Below, in pieces: positions 1-11,900 of a DNA stretch of 64,000 nucleotides. Position 1 is the stretch's first letter, and the number at the start of each line of letters is the position of its first letter. The position numbers and the translations under genes were made by a program. The stretch covers positions 1,116,001-1,180,000 of the forward strand of contig JAUFOQ010000004.1 in NCBI GenBank assembly GCA_040285855.1, written 5' to 3'. The stretch comes from Eukaryota sp. GEM-RC1 (taxonomy: Eukaryota). A model generated the notes under the pieces. The model ran no database searches. It worked only from the letters and a program-made list of their open reading frames with translations, and had not been told where the DNA came from.

Positions 1-621
1 TACAGTGTTCGCTTGAACGGTAGCATCCTTTAGAAACAACTCTGCCCAGGAATTCCAAGCACTTAGAGGAGCATTCAAAGTGTCGTTCAGCTCTTTAAGT
101 TGTTCCACAGAAATCCTGCGACATTCCTCTTTCACGCTCGCCTTCTTGAAGGCAGTATAGTCAGCGGGGCTAACGTTTTCAGGTGAAACTCTGATGGAGA
201 AAGCATGTAGTTTCTTTTTTTCGTTCGCAGTAGTTGACCAGCTCAACACCCATCCACTGATGGTATCTGCGGTTACCTTGGCAAATTCATAGGTTCTTCC
301 ATATTCGAACATAAATTTCGGTTCTGCTTCAGGGTGTGCCATCAACTGCTGTTGCTGTACGAAAGAGTTATAGACGGAGATGAAGAGGTTTTGAAGGGTG
401 GGAGGTGTAAGATCGCTAAGATCCCTGTAGTAAACATCAAGACTGTCTATGTCAATTTTATTCTTCTTTCGAGAAGAAAGACAAAAAAGGACACCTACAG
501 AGACCTTAAAATAATCTTCTCTTGGAAGAAGACCTACAGCGCTGGATGTCGGAATTATAGACAGATCTAAACGCCGACGGACAGTGGGAGTTGTAGAAGG
601 AGGAGAAGAAACAGAGGACAT
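1..621 (-). CDS. Hypothetical protein, 3'-partial (runs off window edge; absent from ORF track)
   Basis: Manual translation from ATG at 621 (MSSVSSPPSTTPTVRRRLDLSIIPTSS...WNSWAELFLKDATVQANTV) stays open for 207 codons to base 1. Confidence 0.65.
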   Translation of the reverse strand, partial: MSSVSSPPSTTPTVRRRLDLSIIPTSSAVGLLPREDYFKVSVGVLFCLSSRKKNKIDIDSLDVYYRDLSDLTPPTLQNLFISVYNSFVQQQQLMAHPEAEPKFMFEYGRTYEFAKVTADTISGWVLSWSTTANEKKKLHAFSIRVSPENVSPADYTAFKKASVKEECRRISVEQLKELNDTLNAPLSAWNSWAELFLKDATVQANTV

Positions 622-663
622 GGCTGTGAGAAAATTGTGTGAGAATGTTGTAAAATATGCATT

Positions 664-1800
664 TCAGATGAAATTCACAGTAGTAGTACTAGTACCGACT
701 ATTGTTCCATTAAATTCAACTCGACCAGTAGTTGCTTCGACTTTTTCCATAACCCCGGCCATCCTAAGTGTTTGTTACAGTAAGGAATACCAGGAAGCAA
801 TTCCACTGCGGCCATGTCTATCCAAACAGGGACGTCATTAACTAAGACTTCTTTCTTGCACGAACTTGGGTGCAGATTCCCATGTGCGATAACATCTGCT
901 GTTGTATCGAAAGCATGGTTACTCTGTGATGGTTGACAAATCTCAATAACACCATCCTGTGGAGCATTGTCTACTACATGTTTACAAGTAAGTACATAAG
1001 ACTGACCGGATGAGTCCTCAGCTACATATGACAATGAACCATGATAGGAAGAGCCACATAGACCAGTATCACTCCCAGTCATCAGAGGGCGAAATACAAC
1101 TCCGGTAAAGTATTTGTGACGTCGCGATTCTACGAGAAGTTCACTTCGTGGATCTTCAACCATTGCTATAGGATTCCATGGGAGATACAACAATGGAAAC
1201 CCATTGAACTCAGGCGGAAGGTGGCAATCCTCAATATAAGGTCTGAACCAGAGATCAATTACCAGAACTACTAGACAAGTGTTATTGAGACTGGAAATGG
1301 GGAATACTAGGATGGGTATGAGGATTCATACCAGCGATTGAATCAACCAATTTGCGTTGGAGTTCTGCTGCGGCCTCTGTAGCAGCTTTGTGATCGGAGT
1401 CTGTCTCTGTTAAAAATGTGGAAAAGAAAGCACGCATTCCCATTAAGTCATCGGTATCAATGGTTGCTTCAGAGGGATAAATGACTGGGGTTGAGTTGAA
1501 ATGGTCTGTGGATTGTTTCTCTTGACCAAAATGCATTATATATGGTTTGTTGTAGGGATAGTGCTCGTATGTGGTATTTAGACCTACATATCGGACTAGA
1601 TAAGCATTACCATCGATTAACTGACGGAACTCCAAGAGATCACGACATGCAATGTTGAATTCGTCTTGGTTTGTTGTTCCAAAGACATCATCAGCATCTC
1701 CAAAGTACGTTGTCGGATTGTAGTGGGGCATAAAAAGCAGTTCTGCGAATAACAGATATCTTCACCCTATGGACGATGGGATATCACTCAATTTTACCAT
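664..1800 (-). pseudogene. Disrupted trypsin-like (Nal1/S1-like) serine protease gene
   Basis: His motif YVLTCKHVV, ICQPS and Asp motif IDMAAVEL in ORF 699..1193. Shifted frame gives MEKVEATTGRV (KVGxTTG-like), then a stop with no GDSG. In-frame TGA near 1763 and a frameshift at a C4 run near 1300 link it to ORF 1282..1731. Confidence 0.5.
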
Positions 1801-2352
1801 GCTGGCTGTTCAAGGAACCGTTGAAAAGCGTCTTTAGTTTCAATATGAGTGTGACTTCTAGTGAGCAATTAACTGAGGAAGTGACTAGGATCGGTATGCA
1901 AAAATTCCATTTCAATTTCAATTTTGACAAAATTTCGTTCCATATCGAATAAACTTGCATATTTTACCTGGTCAAACAGATCCGTTTTATGTAACCACTC
2001 ATGTTTGTTCCAGTTCATTAAATTCTTATATGAATTCGCCTGTGAGTAGAAGCACAAAAACTGAAGTGTTTAAAAAGGGCTATTTTTAATAAAGTGATTT
2101 TAACAAAAGTGTGCACATTGAGATTATACATGGTCACCTGTTATTTGTACGGTTTTCAGAGTTCGACACTAATGTAACGATGTGGTTTTGAATGAGATCC
2201 TATAAATACAACAATCAAGAATCTTGTTAGTCGAGACACAACAAGGGTTGAAATTAAAGCTGACTGTACACAGAGAAAGTTATTCCACACTCAAAAAATT
2301 AGAACATAAACATTTATCCACAATAAACAGGAAAAAAATTACAAGGGAAGAA

Positions 2353-3527
2353 TTACTTGTTCTCAGCTTCGAACTTCTTCATGAAGTCAGCTAGAGCTTG
2401 GCAACCTTCAATGGGCATTCCATTATAAATAGAAGCACGGCATCCACCAAGGGAACGATGTCCAGCAAGAGTGACTAATCCAACTTGAGCAGCCTCAGCA
2501 AGGAACTTCTTTTCAAGATCAGCATCACCTCCATTAGGACCAACACGGAAAGGAACGTTCATCAAAGAACGGAACTCCTTTTCGACGGGTCCATGATAGA
2601 AATCGGAAGAATCAATGATTTCATAGAGATAGTTAGCCTTTTCGACGTTGATTTTGTACATTTCTTCAAGACCACCCTTCTTTTGGAGCCATTTGAAGAC
2701 TAATCCAGCAAGATAAACACCATAAGTAGTGGGAGTATTGTACATCTATAATGAGAACAGTTAATAAAAACACACAGATTCGTTCTTAGCGTGGATAGAC
2801 AACTTGAGCATAGTAGGACACAGAGGATGTTCAGACTTACCAATCAGATCCTTACGGACGATACAGAAAGTAACACCAGCCATAGAGCAGTTCTTTTGAG
2901 CACCACCATAAATCATACCAAACTTAGACACATCAATGGGACGTTCAAAGATGTTAGAAGACATGTCACAAATAAGAGGGACACCTTCGGGAGTTTCGGG
3001 AACGTAGTCAAAGCAGACTCCGTGGATGGTTTCATTATAACAGTAATGGAAATAAGCAGCTTCGGGATCAATGTTTAGAGAAGATTGAGGAAGGATAGTT
3101 GTGTGCTTGTTGTCAGTGGTGTTCATAACAATTTGGACATCGCAATATCTCTTGGCCTCATCAATTGCTTTCTTAGACCAGGTTCCAGTAAGAGCATATG
3201 CAGCCTTCTTCTTGTCGCCCAAAAGATTAAGTGGAATAGTGGCAAACATTTGAGAAGCTCCACCTTGGAGGAAGAGGATTTCGTAATTGTCGGGAACATT
3301 AAGGACAGATCTCATGTTGTCACGAGCTTCACCAATGATTTTCATGTAGGGCTTGGAGCGATGGGACATTTCCATAACGTTCATTCCTAGAATAAGGATT
3401 CACAGATGAACAAACCAGTGCCTTCATGGTTCAAAAAGTTGCTGTGAGCCTCTTCCAAAACTTCCAAAGGAAGCATAGAAGGACCGGCGGAGAAGTTGTA
3501 AACTCTGTTATGGGCTTGGTTAGTCAT
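2353..3527 (-). CDS. PSAT1: Phosphoserine aminotransferase, 3 exons: join(3416..3527,2776..3386,2353..2745), 371 aa
   Basis: YNFSAGPSMLP, EMSHRS, FLQGGAS, DMSS, GGAQKN (PLP Lys), NTP, RSLMNVPF, GHRSLGGCRASIYN. Two GT-AG introns restore one continuous frame. Confidence 0.97.
2746..2775 (-). other. 30-nt spliceosomal intron (PSAT intron 2)
   Basis: GTGTGTTTTTATTAACTGTTCTCATTATAG; removal joins KNES to MYNTP; contains in-frame stops. Confidence 0.93.
3387..3415 (-). other. 29-nt spliceosomal intron (PSAT intron 1)
   Basis: GTTTGTTCATCTGTGAATCCTTATTCTAG; removal gives HEGTGMNVMEMSHRS. Confidence 0.93.
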
Positions 3528-3786
3528 TAGTGTGATGAAGATAAGTGAGAAAAGTTGGAGAGGAACAAATTTATCAAAGTAGTGAAGAAGTCGTCAAAAA
3601 TCAACAAACAGGTCGTGTCATCATTGAAATTACTGTACTCGAGTTACTGAGTCATTACTTAAGTAGTGAAATGGGTAAAAACCCCTGAGTATTACTCATG
3701 TAATACATCCTCACTTTTCAAAACAGTAGGTATTACTCGAGGAAAACTTCAGAAAGAAGTTATGGTGATGGAGGTGATGTTTACTC

Positions 3787-4659
3787 CAGTGATGCCGAAA
3801 AATCTATCGCACTATATATATACGTTTAAAATATCGCAATAAATGTACTGTGGTTTGTGAATATGGCAATATTTGCAATACTTGTTAGCAGGGAATATGA
3901 AAACAATACTGCTCCAATATATATTTCCACTGTTTGAGGTGGTGCAATATTTATTGTTACACCGGTTAAGTCTTGCATTATTGCATTATTGCATTATTGC
4001 ATTATTGCATTATTGCATTATTGCCAATATACTTTGAGTTGTTCATTTCGCTTTTGAACTTCCAAAACCAGTTTTGCTGTTGTATATGTTTAGATTTAGT
4101 GAGAGTTGTTTTATTGGTAATGATTTCTAGTTGTTGCATTGTCAGAATGTCTGTCATTTGAGCTCAGATCGAGTGTGTACTGAAGTACAATGTAAATTCT
4201 TTCCGCTGAAGTGATTTTCTCTGAAGCCCTTCCTTAGCTGTGAAGGCGAAGGGGAGGTTCCAATATATGAGATGATCTGCGAATGTTGTTGCATTGGAGA
4301 TTTGACATAAAATCATGAAGATTTAGGATCATGTCAATTTGGATCTTCGTAAGTTGGTACATTCATGTACTCTACTGCCTCACAGAGTCTAAGAACACAA
4401 GAACCAACTTGTTTTGTGAATTACACGAGTCCAAATATTGCATTATATTGTACATTATATTTCAATATACTGCAAGAATTTTAATCTCGCAGTAAATATA
4501 TTGCACAATATCGATATGTATTGCAATAATATATATTAAATAGTTTTGGTTATGGTATCTTATTTGCTTTTAAAATCAATATTCTTCATCTGATAGGTAG
4601 GTACATTTTAAAAGTTCATTGCAATATATTGCACTACAATAAATTTTTCGGCATCCCTG
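3787..4659. mobile_element. Non-autonomous hAT-like element (MITE)
   Basis: TIRs CAGTGATGCCGAAAAAT / ATTTTTCGGCATCCCTG; 8-bp TSD GTTTACTC / GTTCACTC (7/8); GCAATA/TATTGC subterminal repeats. Confidence 0.85.
3973..4024 (+). repeat. (TTGCATTA)6 tandem repeat inside the MITE
   Basis: Read directly; explains spurious ORF 3973..4161. Confidence 0.95.
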
Positions 4660-5319
4660 GTTCACTCATCATGCTTTAGGTCCCAATAATAATAACTGGT
4701 TAATTGGTCAATTAATTGGTGGGGTCAGATGATCGACCAATTAATGTGGCAATTAGTTGATTGGCAATAACTGAATGGGGAATTCAATTTTGAGTACCCC
4801 ATAATGACTATTTATCTCGATATCATTGTTGAGTAGTACTCAAGTATTACTTTAATATTACTCATATTCACTTTGTCAAAACAGTGAGTACTCGAGTAAA
4901 TCCCACATGTAGTCATCATGATGAACGTAACAATACATTAGTGCTCATATCTTGACTATTGTTTTGCCACATATACCTCTGATAAATTTGTCTAGGGGAA
5001 CTGAGGATCATCCAAAACATTCATCCATCTGCATATCTACTCTGAACCCATCAATGCTGATCGTTTTCCCCTAAAGTGGGAAGAACTACGGAAACGATCA
5101 GCCGATCTTCACTTAATTTGACAGAAAGACAGCAATGCCTGTATTTGGTATTTCAGTCAGTGTTATGATCATATTTTGCCTCATTCACTCTGGAAACTGC
5201 ATTGCTCGGTTAAATGAACAAACATGAACAGACAAAATTTGTTGTGTCTAGGAAATAATGGAATGATCAAATCGTTGCTGAGTGACAACATTTTAAAGAG
5301 CAGAATACACTTCGATTAC

Positions 5320-5710
5320 AAAACGCCAAAATCTGGAACTTCTAAACCCAATATCACAGTAAAATACGGAAAATATATCTGGTAATTTACACAACAGAAT
5401 GATAAACAATACACTTGATGTGGTTGTCGGATTGTGTAGTTTGTTTTTCTATCATTTGAGCTAATTCAAAAGTAAAGAATATTTATCAATATGGAGAATG
5501 AATGTTTACAGTGAAATGCCAGGTCGATAAATAACATGGCAATAGATTCCACAGTAGATTTGAAATCGTAAAGCTGCATTCCACCCAAAGGTTACGTTTT
5601 CGTTCGCTCGACATCATTGAAATTCGTACACAACTTCACCATGATTACCAGTAGATCTAAAATGTTAGGGACATTTTGTTTGTTGGGAGATCTTCCCAAT
5701 ATCCGTTAAG
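5320..5710 (-). pseudogene. Decayed partial copy of the small secreted-protein gene at 20740..21084 plus its 3' flank
   Basis: Collinear similarity with ~20575..20970 (AAAATACGGAAAATATATCTGGTAATT, CTATCATTTGAGCTAATTCAAAAGTAAAGAA, TTGTTGGGAGATCTTCCCAATATCCGTTA), with indels and a stop. Confidence 0.85.
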
Positions 5711-7131
5711 TACTTTTCGCAATAAGGTAGTTTGGTTTGTAATTTGTTTTAGTAGTCTTTATTTAGCTGTTGTATTCTTGTTGTATGTTTTTCTCCGTAC
5801 ACAAATCCGTTTTTTATATCCGTTAGTAGCCTGTCATCATCGACAATGGATAAAACAATACACATAACTGTTTATTGTCAATGAACATTGGTTGGTTCAA
5901 TTTAGCTTCTATGTGTCAATATTGAGACAATGACGGGTCTAGAACTTTTCATCAAAGATCAAATATTTGTCAGAATCGTCAACTGCCTAAAGAACCTCAA
6001 TAGAATTGTGTAGTGAACAAAATTCTGATTGAAGATATATCATTGCAGTAATATCGATTGCATAACAACAGAATAGATTGAGCTCCTTTCATGTTACATG
6101 TAGATAGAACAAATAGCGTTAAGAAAATGATTGTAAAGCAGTGGATAACAGTTTCCTTAAGTTCAGGAATGTAAGAGGGTTTTTCTACAAGTTTATGTTT
6201 TTGTAGAAAGTATACCTTTTGGGTTTGCTTTGTAAGAGGCTCAGATGGAATTGTAAGTGTCCTCAGTAACCTCTAAACGACTACTGGACACTGTATTGTT
6301 ACACTCATTACATCATGGATTAGTATTAAACGCATTTAACATAAAACTGACAAAACAGCACTCAAACACATTGCAATGTATTGCAATAATTTTGTGTATT
6401 GTTCCAACCAGCAATTCTATCGATGTTTGTTATGACTCCAACACGAAACTTGCCAAATCTAATGCTAAAAACGCTCTGTTGGCTGGTAAAAAATTCACAA
6501 CGGACAAATAGTGTTCAATTGAAAGTATTGTATTCGGTTTTACACTCGAATTACTTGTAGTACCATTTGTATTTCCACAGTAAGGTTCTTTAGGTGAATC
6601 CGTAACATCATTACTAGAAATCTTCGTGAAGATTGTAAAAGAAAAAACGTCTAGGAGTTTTGATCTTAGATTTTGGAAAAATGGAATTGTGTTTGCTATC
6701 TTTACAGGTATGGTGACTTCTGTATCTGCTATATTATCTCTTGGCAGACACTATGAGGATAAAGTAGGTGAGAATTTCCAGATAGGCAATCAGGACTTTG
6801 AGGATACTGATTATTAGATGTATGTTCACTGTAGTGTTGTTGTCAATAAATATTTAAGAAAAAAACCAGCAGTAAAACCATTGTTAGTAAGTCCCTAAAA
6901 TATGTATAAATATACACAGTATGTATCGATACAGAATCAGTGTAAAACAACATGTTTTTATTGTATTTAGTGTACTAAATACAATAACAGTACATCGTTT
7001 CACATTCCTGGAACCCCTGCATAGGACAGGCCTTCCAAGAAGTTAGACGAAATACAATTCAATTGTTCTAGAATAAGTACAGCACTACATGTAGTATTGT
7101 GGATTTCAATACTGCTAATAAATGCCCAGGC

Positions 7132-7719
7132 TACAATGGATTTATCCTATAACTGCTACACTAATCATGGTAATTATTCTCACTCAGACTAATTAGCATT
7201 GTTAGAAATTAGTCTCACCTCCAAAAAAAAACTTGTTGTCATTCATTACGATCAATAGAGTAGGAAAAAAGTCGTTCGGTACGTCTGCTGGATTTTCTCC
7301 CACAACAATCATATTAGGACTGGTATACCAATCAGAAGGATGTGCTAAAACAATCTCATTATTGAAAAACGACGTTCTGACTCAAGTCCTTGACTTGTAA
7401 ACACAAACATCATCGGAGATGCTATTCATAGGAAAATAGAAGCAATATCAACGTGGTTCAGTACTTGTATTCGTTGAATGTTGTTCTATTTTATGGGTAT
7501 TTTAATACAAAAAGTGAGACTAATCTCCAATAGAGTTTCAGTTCAAAGTGTTACAGCATGGGAATTAGTCTGAGTGAGACTAATTGCCATATGAGACAAA
7601 TTTCCAATACAGTCTAATTAGTACGGTAGCTTTATAGGAACTCTCTGTAATTGAAACGAAACTCCATTCACCAAGTCGTTTCAATTAGAGAGAGTTTACT
7701 GTACCATGATTAGTCTAGG
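7132..7719. mobile_element. Compound inverted-repeat region, probable Tc1/pogo-type MITE(s)
   Basis: TCTCACTCAGACTAATT (7178) and its perfect reverse complement (7563); 19-bp-arm hairpin at ~7641..7695; pogo-like end GAGAGTTTACTGTA. Confidence 0.55.
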
Positions 7720-7869
7720 TGTATTTTTTCTGCCCTTCACTTTCCACCAAGATCATTGACACATCTTCTTCTCTCCATGGTTTCTTAAACCAAGAATATG
7801 ATAACCTTGACGAATCCGTAGACGGCTTTTCTGCTCCTACTGAGTCAATTGATGATGGCTAATTTACTA

Positions 7870-8250
7870 CAACCTACACCTTCGGACTCCATGAATTAGC
7901 GAGTCCGATGTGTGAACTTTGCACCCATCAAGCATTAACACCAATGTCCTGGAAAGCTATAACAACTTCCTGAGTCAATCAGATCTTTGAGGAACCCAGT
8001 GAATCCGATCCTATCAAAGTGTCCTTTATTAACATGGTATGATACCATACCACTCATGCCAATAGCTACTATAGCACTTTCTTGCACTTCTAACATTTCT
8101 GGACGTACCACGTGTATTAATTGTCCTTTAGGGGAACTTTGCTCAGTAGTTCGACTCAGTTTTAAAGGATATTTCAGCTCAATAAATATAAGTTTGTGCT
8201 GATGTACTGGTACAACACCTATATCTGTAGTAAATCGTAACTCAAACTGA
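7870..8250 (-). mobile_element. Tc1/IS630-like DDE transposase relic
   Basis: Manual translation HKLIFIE...SPKGQ...SAIVAIGMSGMVSYHVNKGHFDRIGFTGFL...YSFPG, then after a frameshift VLMLDGCKVH; resembles DDE_3 family motifs. Confidence 0.7.
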
Positions 8251-8961
8251 TGTCAGGTATGTGTTGCAATTTTTCTTTTCATACCATGTGACATTTCTTG
8301 TCTGTAAATCCACACTGAATGGGGACTTGATTCGATGTAATGTAGACTTTTATAGAAGTCTCTCGCAATTTATGACGTATTTCACACAAGAACAACAAAG
8401 GATATGTGTCTACTATGTGAAGAACGAACAACTCTTCTACTGACAACACACAACGACAGTCATGAGAAGCACATATTCTACGTCTGATTCATCGTCGATG
8501 ACATACAGCCCAGAAGCTAGACGATTCACGTTTGGACTTCAATCTTAAATAGAAAGAAACCCATCTACTAATAGAAGACTGTGAGACTCCGAAGATCCTG
8601 GCAGTATCTTCCTAACTAAGTCCTAAGACATACAGCATGTGCTTTTGAGTCTTCTGAAGGTTTTACAGAAAGAAATAAAATATCAACGTGTGAAAGAAGG
8701 AGATCCCAAGTAAACCCATTGCGATGTAAAAGAAGTCTTCAAGAACGGAAGATGAGACGAGGGAGATGAGGGAAGTCGTTAAGTCTAAAATTGTACTGTA
8801 AAGGTCTGAAAAATGCGGATTAGACATTTATGAGTCTGTATGTGGTACTACATGTACTAGTATACTACATTCTACATGTAGATTGTAGTAGCAGAGAAAT
8901 TACAAACCTCAATAATGAAAACTTATTCTATTTGATTGAAACACCACGATTTAGAACGTAA

Positions 8962-11900
8962 ATGCCACCAACATCCGATCAAGCTCTTATCGCATCACTG
9001 TGCAAAACAATCGCTGGAATGCGTGATGACATAGCTGAGTGGGAGCCACAACGATACATCAACTCAATTGCGACTCCTGTCCTGAACACTGTAGGCCTCA
9101 TTGTTGAGCATTCCGCGCTCCTGGGACCAGTGGGGTCTGCCTTAGGCACGCTCTTCTCGACAATCAAGACGGTTAAGTTAAACAAAACACAGTCAGCAGT
9201 TCTCGCCTCTCGCGTCCTTCGCTTGACAAAACTCTTACTCTCTCCCCTAGAGGCACACTCTGAGCTCGCCGATTCCTCTTCCGTTAGCACCGTTTTCCAA
9301 AATTTTGTCCAGGTTTGTGGAAAGGTCAACACCATTGTGAAACAACACGACGATGCCAAATGGTACAAAAAGGTTTTCACGATTGAGAAGTACAAGCGCG
9401 AGTTTGAGCACTGTAACAAGCTTCTGGATGATTTTTCCTCTGAGCTTTTGATTGTGTTTGCTGGAAAAACCTATGAAAAACTGACTCCCCTGAGTCTTCA
9501 AAAAATTGATGCCATTATTGACTACGATTGTGAACAGTTTCAGAGTGCTTTAACTACTCATAATCAAGCACTCTTTAAAAAACTACGAACAGAGCTGAGA
9601 GAAATTCAACAGGAAATAATTGTTGCTTCAGACCAATCCATCCGAAATGCATTAGTGGAACAACGACGACAGCTTACGGAGCAGCGGACCAATCTACAGC
9701 AGGAGGTTGAGAAGAGTCAGGTTTTGGATCTCAAACCCACCATTTTTGATGATGATTTGGAAATTCAGTGGGAGACTTCTCACTTTTCTGGACAATCTGA
9801 AGTCGTGTGTGCCGAGTATGCTCTTTCTGATGTCATTGTAAAGCTGTACTATGGATCGAATACTGTGACCTCAGAACTTGCCAGGGAGTTCTCCATTCTG
9901 AAGTCACTTCCTCTGAGTCCCTCTATCCCAAGAATCTATGGACTTGCTCTGGTTTATAAGAATGGGAAAGCTCGTCATGGAATCGTAATGGAACGTCTTT
10001 CCAGTACTACACTTAAAGAAAAGATCTCGACCATTAAGTCCCCTACTAAGAAACTGGATATTTTGATTAGGATCGCTGATGCCCTTTCTTCATCCCACGA
10101 AGCAAAGTTCCTTCATAGAGACTTAAAACCTGATAACATCCTATTTCGAGGTGGCTGCCCAGTGATTATAGACTGGGGAAGTGGCAAGAACATGGGAAGT
10201 TCCAACATGTCCATGTCATTGAATGCCAACAGAATCCTAACTCCGGCTTGGGCCAGTCCTGAACTTGTTGCTGAGAATACTGTCTACGCCGACGCCATTG
10301 ATGTGTTTTCTTTTGGATTAATTGCTGTCTTTGTTTTGACGAAGAAGTCCATTTGGCAGGATCTTGAAAGTTTTCCTGATAGAGACCAATTAATTGTCGA
10401 CGCATTAAAGACTGGGGACATCCCTGACATCCCTCATTCGGAAGACATTCCTTCTTCGCTCTTGCCTTTATTGAATCAGTGTCTTCAGTTCAAATTGGTT
10501 TCCAGGCCCAATATGAGTGAGGTTCTCTCTGTTTTAACTGCCTATAGACAGAACAAAGCTCCTGCTGATTGCCTTCAGTTAGATAATCAACCACTTTGCG
10601 ACTATGGATTGTCTTTATTGACAAGAGAATATTTGAAATCTGTTCAGGCCGAGGTTTGTGTTGATATCTATACCACTGCTTTGACTCTCCTCAAGGGTTG
10701 CTATTCAGAAATGACCTTCTCAAAGTTTAAACCCGTTCTTTCCACCATTGACGATTGTAACCCCATGTCTACGTCATTAGTTGGAAGAAAAGAAAAGGTA
10801 TTTAGCCTTTTGAGAGAACGATTCCTTGCTCAAGCTGAAATTCCTGTATTTAACCTAAACGATCTTGGTGTCAGTGATACAATTGTTGATGCTAGTAATA
10901 TTGGTCCTATACTTAACGATGTTAGTGTTCGAATACAACAACATCCCAATCATGATGAAAATGATGTTGAACCCAATCACTCGGTTACACCTCCAATTAA
11001 TACTACTGGAGGAGGACACGATCATTTTGTGACACTGCCAGTAAACCAAGACCATAACAAAGAGTTCATTAGAAGACAATCAACTGAACTGTCATCAAAA
11101 GACGATTCTGAAGTTCAGATTGATTTCAAACAGGAGAGCACCACTTCGTCCGTTATTTCAACAGCTGCAGATAATTCCAAATCAATTGAGGATGAATTTC
11201 CGGGTTACCTGTCAGAGACCCTTACCACAAAGGTTGTGTTGAAGTATTTTGCCATTTTTGCTATTGTTACATTCATTTGTATTGTGTTTCCTTTTCTCTC
11301 TACTATTTGTGGAATATCCCTTTTTGGGGTGTTCTATTTTTCTAAGGGGTCTTTCGTATCCGTCTATTTCCTATTTTTGTGTACTACTGCCGTCAGATTG
11401 GTTATCCTTTTCGTTGAGGTATTCGTCGATGTCCCTCACTTCACATTGTTCGTCTCTGTAGGCTTTTCCTCGCAAGTTTTTGGCCTTTTGATTCTCCTCT
11501 TTGTCACCCGTCATTGTCACAGTTCGTTTGTTCACTTCCCAAAGCGAATTAACCCTAAACTTGTCTATTTTCCTGAACTGGTTTGGTTAACTGCCTCCAT
11601 TGGTTTGAGTTTGTATCGCAATGGTTTCTCCAATATGGTTTACTTGACACTAGGGTTGTTGGTGGTTGCTGATTTGTTGTTCGTTTTGGCTTTTGTGTCC
11701 GAAAAGCTTCAGTTCTTAAGAACTATACTGTCAAAAATCAAGGATTTTGCCTCGATCTTAATCCTTCACTATGGAAATCTATTTCAGTACTGGTTCATTG
11801 ATCGATTCTATGATCACCCTTGGCATCAAAATGTCAAATATGTACCATACATTTCTGTCCTCTTAATTTCTGGATGGTATCTCCATTCTGCTGTGATGAA

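Noticed and set aside
334..841. Plus-strand ORFs 334..570 and 584..841, and the many short antisense ORFs over real genes
   Set aside because: Shadow ORFs of coding sequence on the opposite strand or in alternative frames
6164..7010. Possible hAT-like element with CAGGAATGT termini
   Set aside because: Only ~9-bp inverted match and no target-site duplication
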